DNA from: Legionellaceae bacterium
Lineage (GTDB): Bacteria; Pseudomonadota; Gammaproteobacteria; Legionellales; Legionellaceae
NCBI GenBank assembly: GCA_018061965.1
Contig: JAGOTG010000001.1
Location: 16,155-80,154 of the forward strand
Direction of reading: 5' to 3'
DNA: 64,000 nucleotides
Positions 32,530 to 42,641 of this stretch are shown here, piece by piece. Position numbers and translations under genes: made by a program. Within the stretch, counting starts at the first letter, position 1; each line of letters opens with the position of its first letter. Under the pieces are notes generated by a model. The model saw only the letters and a list, made by a program, of their open reading frames with translations. It was not told where the DNA came from and did no database searches.

Positions 32530-34246
32530 AACCAGTAGTAGGGTGTGGTTTATTGGTATGGCCTTCCAGCAGAGAGTGTTCTTTGAATAGCTTAAGTTTT
32601 TTAAAATTGACACTCACACCAGCATCTTGAACTTGACGCAACAACTGCATTAAATAATCCGTGAATTTTCTAAACAAAATATTCATGCTCAAACTTAAGC
32701 TGATGGTTTGGTGTTCTTTTTTTTGTATGATACCTTGAGCAACCATTGAAAATGGCATGTCATATTTCTTCAATTCTCGTAAAATAGATAATTCTGTTCT
32801 CTCGATAGCATGGGTAGTCATTTTTAAATTATGGATAGCAACTGGACTAACCTGAGTAAGCAGATATTTTACAGCTGAAAATTGGTTTTTTCGGATAGCC
32901 AAAAGTAAGTACTCTATTTTTTCTTCGTCAGAAAAAGCAAAGCAGCTGGCGTCACCCAATTCGATAAGAGTTTGAATGCACTTTGCATTACCACTTTTAA
33001 TCGCTGGTTTGATGATATCTATATAGGAGTTTTTTTCTGAAAAAATGCAGGTCATTATTTCATCATGAATCTGGGCATTGTTATCGTAAAGGCTACCCTT
33101 TGCGCCATAGATTTTTTGTGCGGCATCCAATAATAGCGTTTTGAGTACTTTATGATTTCCACCTAATGCAGCCTGATAAATACAGTTGCGTAACTTCCTT
33201 TTATCAAATAATGCTTCGTAATCAGTTGGACACTCTGTTGAAAGTAGATCCATTGTTTCCTCTTGGCCAAGTAAGAGCGCCATTTCAAAGTACTCTTCTA
33301 TATAAGAGGGAGAGTATTCTATAACCTTTGGTAATAAGGCTTCTATTGCCTTGATATTGCAATCTAAAATAGCACGTCGCATGGCTCTTTTAAAATCATG
33401 TGCACCGGCTGAAATGAGTGCGTTGATGACGATGTCATCGCAATATGTGGCAGCAGAAAACAAATGATCATTCAAATCTTCAATATCATTTATCTCTTGA
33501 TGAAGGATGTATTTTTCATACAAATGCATGCTGGTTGGTAATGGAGGCACTCTTGGGTCTTTCATCTTAGGGTGACGTAACAGATTCATTTGTAGGCCCC
33601 AATACTTATCAGGGGCTGTTGGATCACCAAGTTGCTTGCGAAGTTCGTGTACCAAAGATACTGCGTCTTCAAAATATCTAAAGCCATCAGAATAGTTGGG
33701 GTCATACACTGCATATTGCCCATTACTTTGTGTGACACAAACAGAATGATTGGGGCCACTCATGATCATGGCTTCATCATGATTTAAATTAATGTCAGAG
33801 ATGATGTCAGGCCAGTTTTCATTTTTCGAGCTCATTCCAAAATCAAAAGACGAACTTAAGCGTTCACCATCGATTTCTAAACATTGCATCGAGTTTTTTT
33901 GTGTGATGCTCTTTTCATATTCGTGCGGAGATTGAGTCAACGCTACTTCAACTGCAAAATGGTTAATAGCATTATCATGTTCTGAATCAGGCTGCACGTT
34001 ACCTGATATCAGATATAAGATATGCTTAAACTCTCTGGTTCTGTTTTCCAAGACATATTTGGCATATACCGTTGATAAACCTCGACACATCCCTGCAGCT
34101 CCCATTCGTATGGGAAAATGATGCCATGCTAAATAAGCATTTAATCGTTTAATAATCTGCAACTGATTAATCGGCTCTTCATCCACGTCTTGTTCGAGCC
34201 TATTGTATTTTATATTCCCTTGCTCTTGGTGGCTGCTTTCTGACAT
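32510..34246 (-). CDS. Putative effector with an N-terminal YopT-like (peptidase C58-type) Cys-His-Asp protease domain and C-terminal ankyrin-like helical repeats
   Basis: This is a 578-aa protein. The candidate catalytic residues are C54 (AAGMCRGLSTVYAKYVL), H167 (GPNHSVCV) and D182 (AVYDPNYSDG). The spacings are 113 and 15 residues, against 119 and 16 for YopT C139/H258/D274. The C-terminal half has repeats of the ankyrin type (INALISAGAHDF..., AALGGNHKVLKTLLLDA, AIKSGNAKCIQTLIELGD, LLLAIRKNQFSAVKYLLTQ). By eye the gene is more AT-rich than its neighbours. Confidence 0.7.
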
Positions 34247-34398
34247 ATTTATTCAAAATAATATCATGCTGTATGGTTAAGTATAGCACTGTTTTATGTC
34301 ATGCTGATTATGAGGGTGATTTAAGCTTCGGTATGAAATAATACTAAAGGATTCAAAAACTTTGTCGATAACCTTGTTAGAACAATAAGGAGACGGTA

Positions 34399-34605
34399 AT
34401 GCCAACAACACAAATAATACAAAACGCATTTCTTGCCCAATTAATGAAAGATGAAGTGCCTGTGTCTATTTTTTTGGTGAGTGGTATCAAATTGCATGGA
34501 GTTGTGAGCGATTTTGATGAGCATGTCATTATGCTGAAGTCTACGGCGACTCAAATGGTTTATAAGCACGCTATTTCTACGGTGGTGCCTACTGTAAGCC
34601 GATAA
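34399..34605 (+). CDS. hfq: RNA chaperone Hfq (minimal Sm core, 68 aa)
   Basis: [54 protein letters not shown] aligns with E. coli [62 protein letters not shown] is present. Confidence 0.9.
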   Translation: MPTTQIIQNAFLAQLMKDEVPVSIFLVSGIKLHGVVSDFDEHVIMLKSTATQMVYKHAISTVVPTVSR

Positions 34606-34750
34606 TTTGAAGAAGATAGAAAGGGTCAATCAGTGTGTCGCCAATTGACCCAGTGGAATGACACATAGCAAGTCCAACCTCGCGTCGATACTATCTCATA
34701 GTTCGATCATTCTTGCAAGGCACTGGTTATGTAAGAAGTCTAATGTATCT

Positions 34751-35797
34751 TTAGGCCAGACTTTCCGAGTTGAGAGTGCTGGAGACCGGAATGATGTTTT
34801 CACTGAGCACAAGTTCTGCACCCTGATGGTCATAGCTCGGAGAAGGTTTAACAGTACGCCCGAACTGTTCTTGACTAAAGGCTATGCGGGCAGCGACGGA
34901 TTCTCGGCCTTGTGCAGCTCTGTCTTCGATTGCCCGATAGCGATGAAGAGCGCCTTCTCTGTTTGCAATTTGAATATTTAAGCCAGGTCGAGCATTAAGC
35001 TCTAGCATCATGGGCCCTTGGTCTTTATCTAGGACAATATCTACTCCGATGTATCCCAATCCCGTAAGTTCATAACAACTGGCCGCGATTTCTAAAATTT
35101 TGTCCCAATAGGGAATCGCAATATCTTTAATTGGATTTAAGGTGTCGGGATGATAATCAATCGTATCATTATGAAAAACACCGCCTAATGTGAGGCCGGT
35201 AGCCAAATCTACGCCAGCACCGATGGCACCTTGATGTAGATTGGCTTTTCCACCCGATCCTTGTGTAGGTAAGCGCACCATCGCCATGGCGGGATAGCCT
35301 AGCAAAACGATAATCCGAATGTCAGGAACCCCTTCATGACTTACTTGTGCAAAGACCGGATCCACGATGACTCGCCGCTCAATAATGGCGTAATCGGCAT
35401 TGCCTCCAAGACTATAGGCGCCAGAAATCAAACTGGATAAATGATAAGAGATGTCTTGATTTGTGAGTAATTTTCCATTGATTTGGCGGTAGCGCCCCAA
35501 AACTCGGCTGGTTATGACTAAAATACCGTCACCTCCGGCACCGTGAGCGGGTTTGATCACAAAATCTGTATAAGGTTCTAAGAGTAAGTCAATTTTTTTA
35601 ATTTCATGTTCGGTTTCCACCGTGCCATACAATGTGGGAACGGCAATGTTTGAGTTGATCGCCAAACGTTTGGTTTTTAGTTTGTCATCTACCAAGGGGT
35701 ATAATTTACGGCGGTTATATTTCAACACATAATCGCCATTCCTTTGATTAATACTCATTACACCAGCCTTGCGTAACTGACGGTATATGCCTAGCAT
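34751..35797 (-). CDS. RimK-like ATP-grasp enzyme (alpha-L-glutamate ligase-related protein)
   Basis: This 348-aa protein has ATP-grasp landmarks: VIKPAHGAGGDGILVI, VPDIRIIVLLGYPAMAMVRLPT..SGGKANLHQGAIGAGVD and GVDIVLDKDQGPMMLELNARPGL. It is the last gene of a 3-gene operon. Confidence 0.85.
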   Translation of the reverse strand: MLGIYRQLRKAGVMSINQRNGDYVLKYNRRKLYPLVDDKLKTKRLAINSNIAVPTLYGTVETEHEIKKIDLLLEPYTDFVIKPAHGAGGDGILVITSRVLGRYRQINGKLLTNQDISYHLSSLISGAYSLGGNADYAIIERRVIVDPVFAQVSHEGVPDIRIIVLLGYPAMAMVRLPTQGSGGKANLHQGAIGAGVDLATGLTLGGVFHNDTIDYHPDTLNPIKDIAIPYWDKILEIAASCYELTGLGYIGVDIVLDKDQGPMMLELNARPGLNIQIANREGALHRYRAIEDRAAQGRESVAARIAFSQEQFGRTVKPSPSYDHQGAELVLSENIIPVSSTLNSESLA

Positions 35798-37323
35798 GCT
35801 TTGACTCGGGATAAGGCATTGAAGCGGAATAATTCAAACAGTCGATATCCGCGGTATTGGCCGAACCACAAAATCAAGGCCAAAATAATGAGTAAAAGTT
35901 CTGGGAAAGCAAAAAGCAAATATTGCAGCGGTTGATAAGACATGGCGAAATAAGCAATCACAGCGGCAATCAAACTGCCTCCGCCTGATTTGATGGCATC
36001 GGAGGCACCCCTTTCATCCCAAGAAATGCACATTCTTTCGATAGTCATAGTTAAAATAACCATAGGGAATAAAGCGGCAGACAGACCAGCTTCTAAGCCC
36101 AGATTTTGGCTGATCACTGAGAGCATGAGCATGAGCAAAACCACAATCGTCAAGATTGCAGCTAATCTCGGGACCAAAAGTAAGCGCAGTTTTTCCAAAT
36201 AAAACCGAGCGAGTAGTCCCAGCGATACCAAAAAGCTAAATAAACAAACGCCTAAAATGACATGGGTTTCTCGAAATGCCAGAGCAATCAATATAGGCAT
36301 AAATGTACCAAACGTTTTTAGCCCAATAAAATTACGGAGTAATAAAATAATGAAAGCCCCAATGGGTAATGCCAGCAGGATTTTATAAGTCTCTTGAACA
36401 TGAATAGGTAATTCTAACGGAGAAAACCGTAATAATTGCGATTCTGTTTGGAGACCATGGGTTTTGGCGATGCTTAATGCATTAATCGGAGTGGGTGAAA
36501 TCGTCAATGAAAATTGTGGCTTTTTGCCACCAATAACATCGAACATAGGGTCAGTGCCATACTGCCAAGTTAAGAAATTTTTTGGAAACCCAGCCGCACT
36601 CGTTTTGGGATCGATGTACACCCAGTCTTGTCCATTATAGACACCCAGATACACACTCATATTGGCTTTTCTTTGCTCGAGCAAATGGAGGCCTTGGATA
36701 GTGATTGCCGGTATTTTGGCTTGATTCAAGACTAAAATTGCCGCATTGATCAAATGGATACCATCAAATTCATTGCCCACCAATAGTTTGGCATTGCCTG
36801 ATTTTTTGTTCAATTCACTTAAGGTTGCTTGCGCAAAGGTTTGTATGTCTGCAGAGGCTTCACGCGCTTGTCTGGTGATGGCCATCACAGCAGTTTTTTG
36901 ATTCTCATCGAGTAAGTCAATTTTGTTATGTGGGGGTTTGCCTAACACCGGGGGCGCATTATCCGTTTCACGAACAACGGCTCGATAATATAAAGATTGC
37001 GGTTTGGTGGCCGCACGTCGTAAAGACCAGACAACCTGACGATTATAGCCATTTAAACTCGTGGTGATCCCATAGTTTTGGGCCACAAAATATTCGTCAA
37101 GAATAGCAAAATTAGGGGGTAAATAAGGCACTGTAAAACTGGCTTTGACTGGTTTGTTATCTTCTGCGACAAAATGCAGATTGGCTTCAATCATCCAGCT
37201 ATTGACGTTTTCGGTGTCGGTAAATGGGACGTCTAAGACGTGGTGCCGATAAACGAACATACTTAGCCCAATGAGCGTCAAGGCTACAATGAGTCCGTAT
37301 AAATGACGTTGCGTGGAATTCAT
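35791..37323 (-). CDS. Inactive-transglutaminase-like periplasmic domain fused to a 7-TM module
   Basis: This 510-aa protein has one N-terminal TM helix, a ~300-aa extracytoplasmic domain and then about seven C-terminal TM helices (ILLALPIGAFIILLL ... LLLIILALILWFGQY). It overlaps the ATP-grasp gene by 7 nt and the protease gene by 4 nt. Confidence 0.75.
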   Translation of the reverse strand: MNSTQRHLYGLIVALTLIGLSMFVYRHHVLDVPFTDTENVNSWMIEANLHFVAEDNKPVKASFTVPYLPPNFAILDEYFVAQNYGITTSLNGYNRQVVWSLRRAATKPQSLYYRAVVRETDNAPPVLGKPPHNKIDLLDENQKTAVMAITRQAREASADIQTFAQATLSELNKKSGNAKLLVGNEFDGIHLINAAILVLNQAKIPAITIQGLHLLEQRKANMSVYLGVYNGQDWVYIDPKTSAAGFPKNFLTWQYGTDPMFDVIGGKKPQFSLTISPTPINALSIAKTHGLQTESQLLRFSPLELPIHVQETYKILLALPIGAFIILLLRNFIGLKTFGTFMPILIALAFRETHVILGVCLFSFLVSLGLLARFYLEKLRLLLVPRLAAILTIVVLLMLMLSVISQNLGLEAGLSAALFPMVILTMTIERMCISWDERGASDAIKSGGGSLIAAVIAYFAMSYQPLQYLLFAFPELLLIILALILWFGQYRGYRLFELFRFNALSRVKAC

Positions 37324-37859
37324 GATACAGAAGCCTTTTCAGTAGAGCTGTTATCCGGTTCCCTGTGGGTAAATTTTTTGCTAGGGTCAATAATGCCGTC
37401 GAATGCAATAATAGCTTCCCTACCTAAAAGCAAAGGGTAAATAAAGCGGCTGCGGTTGGTTAAATTCACACGAATAATTTTTTCAGAATTATTCAGGCGA
37501 ATTGGCATTAATACCACAGGACGTTTCACATGCTCGCGCAATAATGAGTTGATTTGATGCTCTCCCGTGCGCATTTTGATTTGTACTTTTCCGACGTATT
37601 CACATTCAAAGACAATATCCCCTTCCTTACTTGGAACCATAAAGCTGAGATAGGGTATGCCATGTTTGCGAATTTCATGAATTTTGATCGCGTTCAACGA
37701 TGCGGTTTTTGCCCCGGTATCTAATTTAGCAGACAGGGTCAAATCCCGTTGGGTTAAGGTCGCTTTTTCAAGGTATCCGTAGATTGTTTTGGAATGGTTT
37801 GCCATAGCTTGTCCGGCTAGTAAAGACCAAAAAATAAAAAACAGCGTAAAAATGCGCAT
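37320..37859 (-). CDS. Secreted retropepsin-like aspartic protease (family annotated as putative ATP-dependent zinc protease)
   Basis: This 179-aa protein has the signal peptide MRIFTLFFIFWSLLAGQAMA. The catalytic-type motif is AKLDTGAKTASL (D-T-G-A). It is the first gene of the operon. Confidence 0.75.
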   Translation of the reverse strand: MRIFTLFFIFWSLLAGQAMANHSKTIYGYLEKATLTQRDLTLSAKLDTGAKTASLNAIKIHEIRKHGIPYLSFMVPSKEGDIVFECEYVGKVQIKMRTGEHQINSLLREHVKRPVVLMPIRLNNSEKIIRVNLTNRSRFIYPLLLGREAIIAFDGIIDPSKKFTHREPDNSSTEKASVS

Positions 37860-38272
37860 TCACGCTCCCAGGCGGCATAATAAATTTCACTGATCCTAAC
37901 AGATTTTATGCCTAAGTCACAGTCTATATCAGAGTTTTGCTAAAACGTCGATGGGATGCAAAGGGTTTTTTTAAGAAATAGCGATCTAATTGCAATCAAT
38001 TTGATCTTATTTGATCCTGGGTGTTTGTTTGGGTTTTTGACGCTGGCCACTCAAGATGAACGTGCTTCGTTGTTCTCCTCTTCCTATCTCTCTCAATTTG
38101 TTGTATACTATGCGCACTCCTAAACGACAATATTTGTGGTCGTTGATGATCAAGAACAGATACTTTTCATTGAGACATTGTCATATGATTGAGCCTGAGT
38201 TTCTGAATGTGGATGCCGAGAATTATGGATATCCCCGAGAGAGCCTGTTTCTTGATGCTATTGGAGGGATGA

Positions 38273-41155
38273 ATGGCTGGCAATAGTGTAGATATTCATT
38301 CAGCCCAAACTCATTCCACTCAACCAGTTTCAAGTGTTCAAAATTCTAATTTCCCCAATGTAGCGCTGCGTAAACTACGCGCTTCTTTGTTTAGTTTTAC
38401 TACCCAAGCCAATCAAACCTGTGAAAACCTCACAAATCCTGTGCGCGAATTTATTCAACCTTATCAGCAGACTGGGAATGTTTTGCGTGCGTATGGGTTT
38501 GCAGATGCTGTCAATCTTAGTTTTAGTTTGTGTGGGATGTACTATTTTTTTAAGCACGCCTATCAGAATTATGATCAAATGCTCTCCCCTCAAATATTTC
38601 AACTCTCTGCACATGAGCTCCATGCAGCAGAAAACACCCCAGAAGGATTGGCTCTGGCCGTTCTGTTTACTGTGTTTTTAGTTGGGTTTTCCACTTTGGG
38701 GAGTCATTATGATGAGAACCGGGATGAACCTTGGGTAAAGAATCTGGTTTTTTTATGGCCATTTTTTCGGACTGCATGTAAGCAAATCAAATGGTGGGCG
38801 AAAGGATGGTGGGCCTTGCTATCCCTGCTTTTGCAATATCAGGTCTCGCAGCAAGATTTTTTAATTCAGCTTTTTTTCCCTCTTGCCATGCTAGGTGGCA
38901 TTTTTGCAGCGATGAATTCTGTTTGGTTACGCTGGATGCGGGATCAACGCAAAGAGATGGTAAAAAATAATCTCACTTTGATTGAAGGGCTTAAATCTCC
39001 ACTCCATATCTTGGATAAGATGCCCAACTCTCTAACTGGGTATGAACGTTCTTTGATATGTTTGCAAGAAACCACCAAGGACGGCGAAGAAATTAAGTCA
39101 TTATACTATGTCAATGTTCTGAAAAATGACGCTGGCAAGGAAGAGGCAAAAGCCGAGCGCATTGAGATGAGCGAACCGGAGTGGCGTGATTTGTATCAAG
39201 AAGTCGAAAAGCTACAAACAGAGAATATCCATGCGAGAATGAGGCAATATTTATCCTATATCAATAGACTATCTGCGACGCAAGCTGAGCCAAGTTTAGT
39301 AGCCCCAACAACGACCCGCTTGCATTTTATTGCTGATGTGAACGATTTCAGTCAGGGTTCTGTGAGGGTTGCTGACGAGAATGATGCTGAGGGCACTAAA
39401 GTATGGCGAAGTATTTGTAATTCTTATGTATACTTTTCCCAGGCAGAAGGGGTTGATGATGGACAACGCCTTTTTTATGTTGATAGTTCTGGAGGATTGA
39501 TTGCGCAAACAGAAAAAGTTCACTATGTTAATAGCGCAGGCATGTCGGTTGAGCAAGGAGAGAAAAGTGCGGTATTTCATAAAAAATTCCAACAAGTACA
39601 GCAAGACAAAAATGTATTAAATCTTTCAACCATTCAATTAAAATCGGTACAACATGTGAAAATTAAGCGTGACGGCAAGAAATTTGACTACAGTTACGCA
39701 CAATTTGTCGATTTGCGCCGTAATATTCTGAATACCGAGTCCGAGCAAGAAACCCAATCTGGCTGGGGTGAATGGGTTGCCTCTGGTCTTGAGACTGGGT
39801 CTAAGCAAACAAAAATTAAAACGCAATATGATTGGGTTAAAGTGCTTGCTCCTATTTCGGCGGGCGCATCTAGCCTCGGCGATGGACTATATTTCTACGT
39901 GTTTGTAGCAAAAATGACTGTTGCTACTTTGTCGCCTTATATGGCAACTATAATGTTAGGTTCTTCAGTGGCATTGTTTCTCACTTGTATTGTGACACGT
40001 ATTGCAGAAGAATTTGATTTTCAGAGGCGTCTTGAAGTCACCGTACTGCGAACGGAAGCCGAATTGTCGAAAAAAGATTGTGGGTTTTTACATGAGCAAT
40101 TGGAAAAATTATTGGATGATGATAACGGTGATGTTAATAGTGAAGCGCAATTACAATCCATCATCACGGCTCTTCAATACTCAAGGGCTGGTAGAGAGAA
40201 ACAATTAAAGCGTTATAAGCTTGATCCGACACAGCAGCCTATTTATGAAGGACTGACTCCGCATGACAACACCGTCGTGTTGTTATGGAATGAACTTGCC
40301 GATGAATTTAAGCTTAGTATAGAGCTGCAAGACCAATTAAGAGTTAAATTAAACCGTTCTTATTGGGCTGCAGGCTTTGAAGGTTTGCAGAATGGCTTGG
40401 CAATACAAGGTGCCATTGCTAGCTTTTCGTTTATGATTTCTAGTTTGTGTTATATTTCAGCAGCAGCCTGTCCGCCTGCATTTATGTTAACGTGCTTAGG
40501 GATAGGGATTGCTGCAATTATCGTATCTCTGCTTCAGGGGTGCATCAGTCATTACTTTTATATAGACAGAGTGAAACAAACGAAACAAGAGTTGTCCTTA
40601 TCGTTCCACGCAGAGATGTTGGCAAAAATGACCGGCCAGGAGGGCGTTCAGGTTGATCGTGAGGCATTAAAGAAAACGATTGATTATGTGAACAATCAAC
40701 CGTTAGAGCCACCCGTTGATTTTGTGGTGATTGAATGGTGCGAAATATTTCGTTTGTTGTTCAAAGGTGCCGTAAAGGGGAAAAATGCTGCTATCGAAGT
40801 TCTGGCTAGATTTTTAGAAGGCTCGGATAATAAGTGGCTATTACCTGTTGTAATAGTGGCTGGTGTGATCAGTTTTTCTGGAGCGTTAGGTATGCGCGCA
40901 ACGGCGAAAGGATTTGCGGTGGGTCGCCCTGATTCACTTAATACAGGAAATGTTGAAAAGAAAGCGCGTACATTCTTCGATGAAGATAATAGAATTGACA
41001 AAAGAGCCGTGTTTTCCTCATCTGTTTCGATGGCAATTCGTCAGCAGGAGCTTGAGGTTGATGACGATATTGCCAGCGTTGATGAGGATGAGGGTCTTGA
41101 GTACGACCAAATCTGTGGTGATAATGGGTCTCCGTTTATTTCACCCCTCATATAG
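38273..41155 (+). CDS. Very large membrane/coiled-coil protein (960 aa), hypothetical and effector-like
   Basis: The ATG at 38273 has a GGAGGG SD. The N-terminal third has about 4-5 TM helices (LALAVLFTVFLVGFSTLG, WWALLSLLLQY, LFFPLAMLGGIFAAMNSVWL). The long soluble middle includes a coiled-coil. Further TM helices follow (LYFYVFVAKMTVATL, IMLGSSVALFLTCIV, AACPPAFMLTCLGIGIAAIIVSLL, LLPVVIVAGVISFSGALG). The C-terminus is acidic (ELEVDDDIASVDEDEGLEYDQ). Confidence 0.7.
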   Translation: MAGNSVDIHSAQTHSTQPVSSVQNSNFPNVALRKLRASLFSFTTQANQTCENLTNPVREFIQPYQQTGNVLRAYGFADAVNLSFSLCGMYYFFKHAYQNYDQMLSPQIFQLSAHELHAAENTPEGLALAVLFTVFLVGFSTLGSHYDENRDEPWVKNLVFLWPFFRTACKQIKWWAKGWWALLSLLLQYQVSQQDFLIQLFFPLAMLGGIFAAMNSVWLRWMRDQRKEMVKNNLTLIEGLKSPLHILDKMPNSLTGYERSLICLQETTKDGEEIKSLYYVNVLKNDAGKEEAKAERIEMSEPEWRDLYQEVEKLQTENIHARMRQYLSYINRLSATQAEPSLVAPTTTRLHFIADVNDFSQGSVRVADENDAEGTKVWRSICNSYVYFSQAEGVDDGQRLFYVDSSGGLIAQTEKVHYVNSAGMSVEQGEKSAVFHKKFQQVQQDKNVLNLSTIQLKSVQHVKIKRDGKKFDYSYAQFVDLRRNILNTESEQETQSGWGEWVASGLETGSKQTKIKTQYDWVKVLAPISAGASSLGDGLYFYVFVAKMTVATLSPYMATIMLGSSVALFLTCIVTRIAEEFDFQRRLEVTVLRTEAELSKKDCGFLHEQLEKLLDDDNGDVNSEAQLQSIITALQYSRAGREKQLKRYKLDPTQQPIYEGLTPHDNTVVLLWNELADEFKLSIELQDQLRVKLNRSYWAAGFEGLQNGLAIQGAIASFSFMISSLCYISAAACPPAFMLTCLGIGIAAIIVSLLQGCISHYFYIDRVKQTKQELSLSFHAEMLAKMTGQEGVQVDREALKKTIDYVNNQPLEPPVDFVVIEWCEIFRLLFKGAVKGKNAAIEVLARFLEGSDNKWLLPVVIVAGVISFSGALGMRATAKGFAVGRPDSLNTGNVEKKARTFFDEDNRIDKRAVFSSSVSMAIRQQELEVDDDIASVDEDEGLEYDQICGDNGSPFISPLI

Positions 41156-41177
41156 TACTATTTAACACCTACCTACC

Positions 41178-41771
41178 CTAAGATTGTTGTGAATAAAGTT
41201 CCGGATTTAAACTGGGGTCATTATACATTTTCAATTGATGATAGCGGCGAAAAGTACGAGTTTGTACGACAAAATCCTGGAGTAATTGCCGTAAACATTG
41301 GCTTAATTGGTTATGCTGAGCATGGAGTATATGGAGTTTCTGTTTGCATAATTGGTGATGAGACTCCTCTGCACTGGCGCGTGTGGTTTGAGCGGTCATA
41401 TAATAAGATTTCAGAGATAAAATAGACAAACGGTCGATGATCATGCCAGGTGTTTCAGAATGGACGGGGCATGTCTCTGCTACAGACAACGTAATGATGT
41501 TAGCCAGATATTCATCAATGGCTTCCATGCGATTATTCCGTTGTTGATTAAAATGATCGATAGCGCGTTTGGCTTCATAGACAAAGCTATGACCTTTGTC
41601 TTCACGACGTGCTCGATCTTCAGCCTGCCATAACTGAAAATTAAAAGCATGATTTTCTTCAATGAGTTGGAGAAGCCCCTCATTTTGAATTTGCACGTGG
41701 CCGCTGTGCCAACGGCGGATGGCGTTTTGATGCAAATTGGTTATCTCTTCAAGCAATATATCAAAATTCAT
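41178..41771 (-). CDS. Hypothetical protein (possibly DUF4254-like)
   Basis: This 197-aa soluble, helical protein contains the motif NFQLWQAEDRARRED. The length and motif remind me of DUF4254, but I cannot verify that. Confidence 0.55.
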   Translation of the reverse strand: MNFDILLEEITNLHQNAIRRWHSGHVQIQNEGLLQLIEENHAFNFQLWQAEDRARREDKGHSFVYEAKRAIDHFNQQRNNRMEAIDEYLANIITLSVAETCPVHSETPGMIIDRLSILSLKSYYMTAQTTRASAEESHHQLCKQKLHILHAQHNQLSQCLRQLLQDFVVQTRTFRRYHQLKMYNDPSLNPELYSQQS

Positions 41772-41879
41772 GCAGTATTCTTAGAGTAAAAATTACTCAT
41801 TTTACTGGGTTTTTCGGAAGAGTGCTAGTGTTATACTGCGCGCGACCACAATCTGAAGTTTTTGTCTGGTTATTTTGAC

Positions 41880-42641
41880 TCAGATTGAGGCTGCGCTCAG
41901 TATACGTTGTCGCACTATTTCATATAAAGAAATGCCAGTAGCTACGGAGACATTGAGACTGCTGACTGATCCCTGCATTGGGATTCGAAAAAGCCCATCA
42001 CAATGTTCTCGGGTTAGTCGACGTAATCCTTCGCCTTCGGCGCCTAATACGATAGCGATGGGGACTTGAGCATCCAGCGCATAGAGTGTTTTTTCCGCTT
42101 CGTTGGCAGCACCGTAGAGCCAAACACCCAAGTCTTTTAACGTTTCCATGGTGCGCACCAAATTGGTCACCCGGATAACTGGGATTGATTCTGCAGCGCC
42201 GCAAGCAACTTTACTAACCACAGGCGTGATCGATGCAGATTTGTCTTTGGGGATGATTACACAATCTACGCCAGCAGCATCAGCAGAGCGCAAACAAGCG
42301 CCCAAATTATGCGGATCAGTGACGCCATCTAAAATGAGGATGAACGGTGGTTTGGGTGCGTCCTTTATTAATTGCGGCAAATCTTTTTCTTGAAATACAG
42401 GCATGGGGGTGACCATTGCGACGATACCTTGATGCACTATGTCAGGAAATTTGCTTGCCATTTTGGCTGCCGACAGCGCGACTGTGGGAATTGCTTTGGA
42501 CTGAATTTCGTTCAGCAAAGTTAATAGCCGTTGATCCTGGCGATCTTGATTGAAAAAAATCTGTTTGATATCGCGCTGTGGATTATTGATCAATGCTGCG
42601 ACAGCGTGTAATCCATAAATGTGCTGGTCAGTCATCAACAT
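41880..42641 (-). CDS. rlmB: 23S rRNA (guanosine-2'-O)-methyltransferase RlmB (SpoU/TrmH family)
   Basis: This 253-aa protein has the SpoU motifs ILDGVTDPHNLGACLRSA, VLGAEGEGL and IPMQGSVSSLNVSVA. It sits in the conserved position downstream of rnr. Confidence 0.9.
   Translation of the reverse strand: MLMTDQHIYGLHAVAALINNPQRDIKQIFFNQDRQDQRLLTLLNEIQSKAIPTVALSAAKMASKFPDIVHQGIVAMVTPMPVFQEKDLPQLIKDAPKPPFILILDGVTDPHNLGACLRSADAAGVDCVIIPKDKSASITPVVSKVACGAAESIPVIRVTNLVRTMETLKDLGVWLYGAANEAEKTLYALDAQVPIAIVLGAEGEGLRRLTREHCDGLFRIPMQGSVSSLNVSVATGISLYEIVRQRILSAASI

Noticed and set aside
38056-38286. 76-aa ORF upstream of and overlapping the start of the 960-aa gene
   Set aside because: It has no SD and an odd composition, and it ends inside the next gene. 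It is more likely part of that gene's long 5' untranslated or promoter region.
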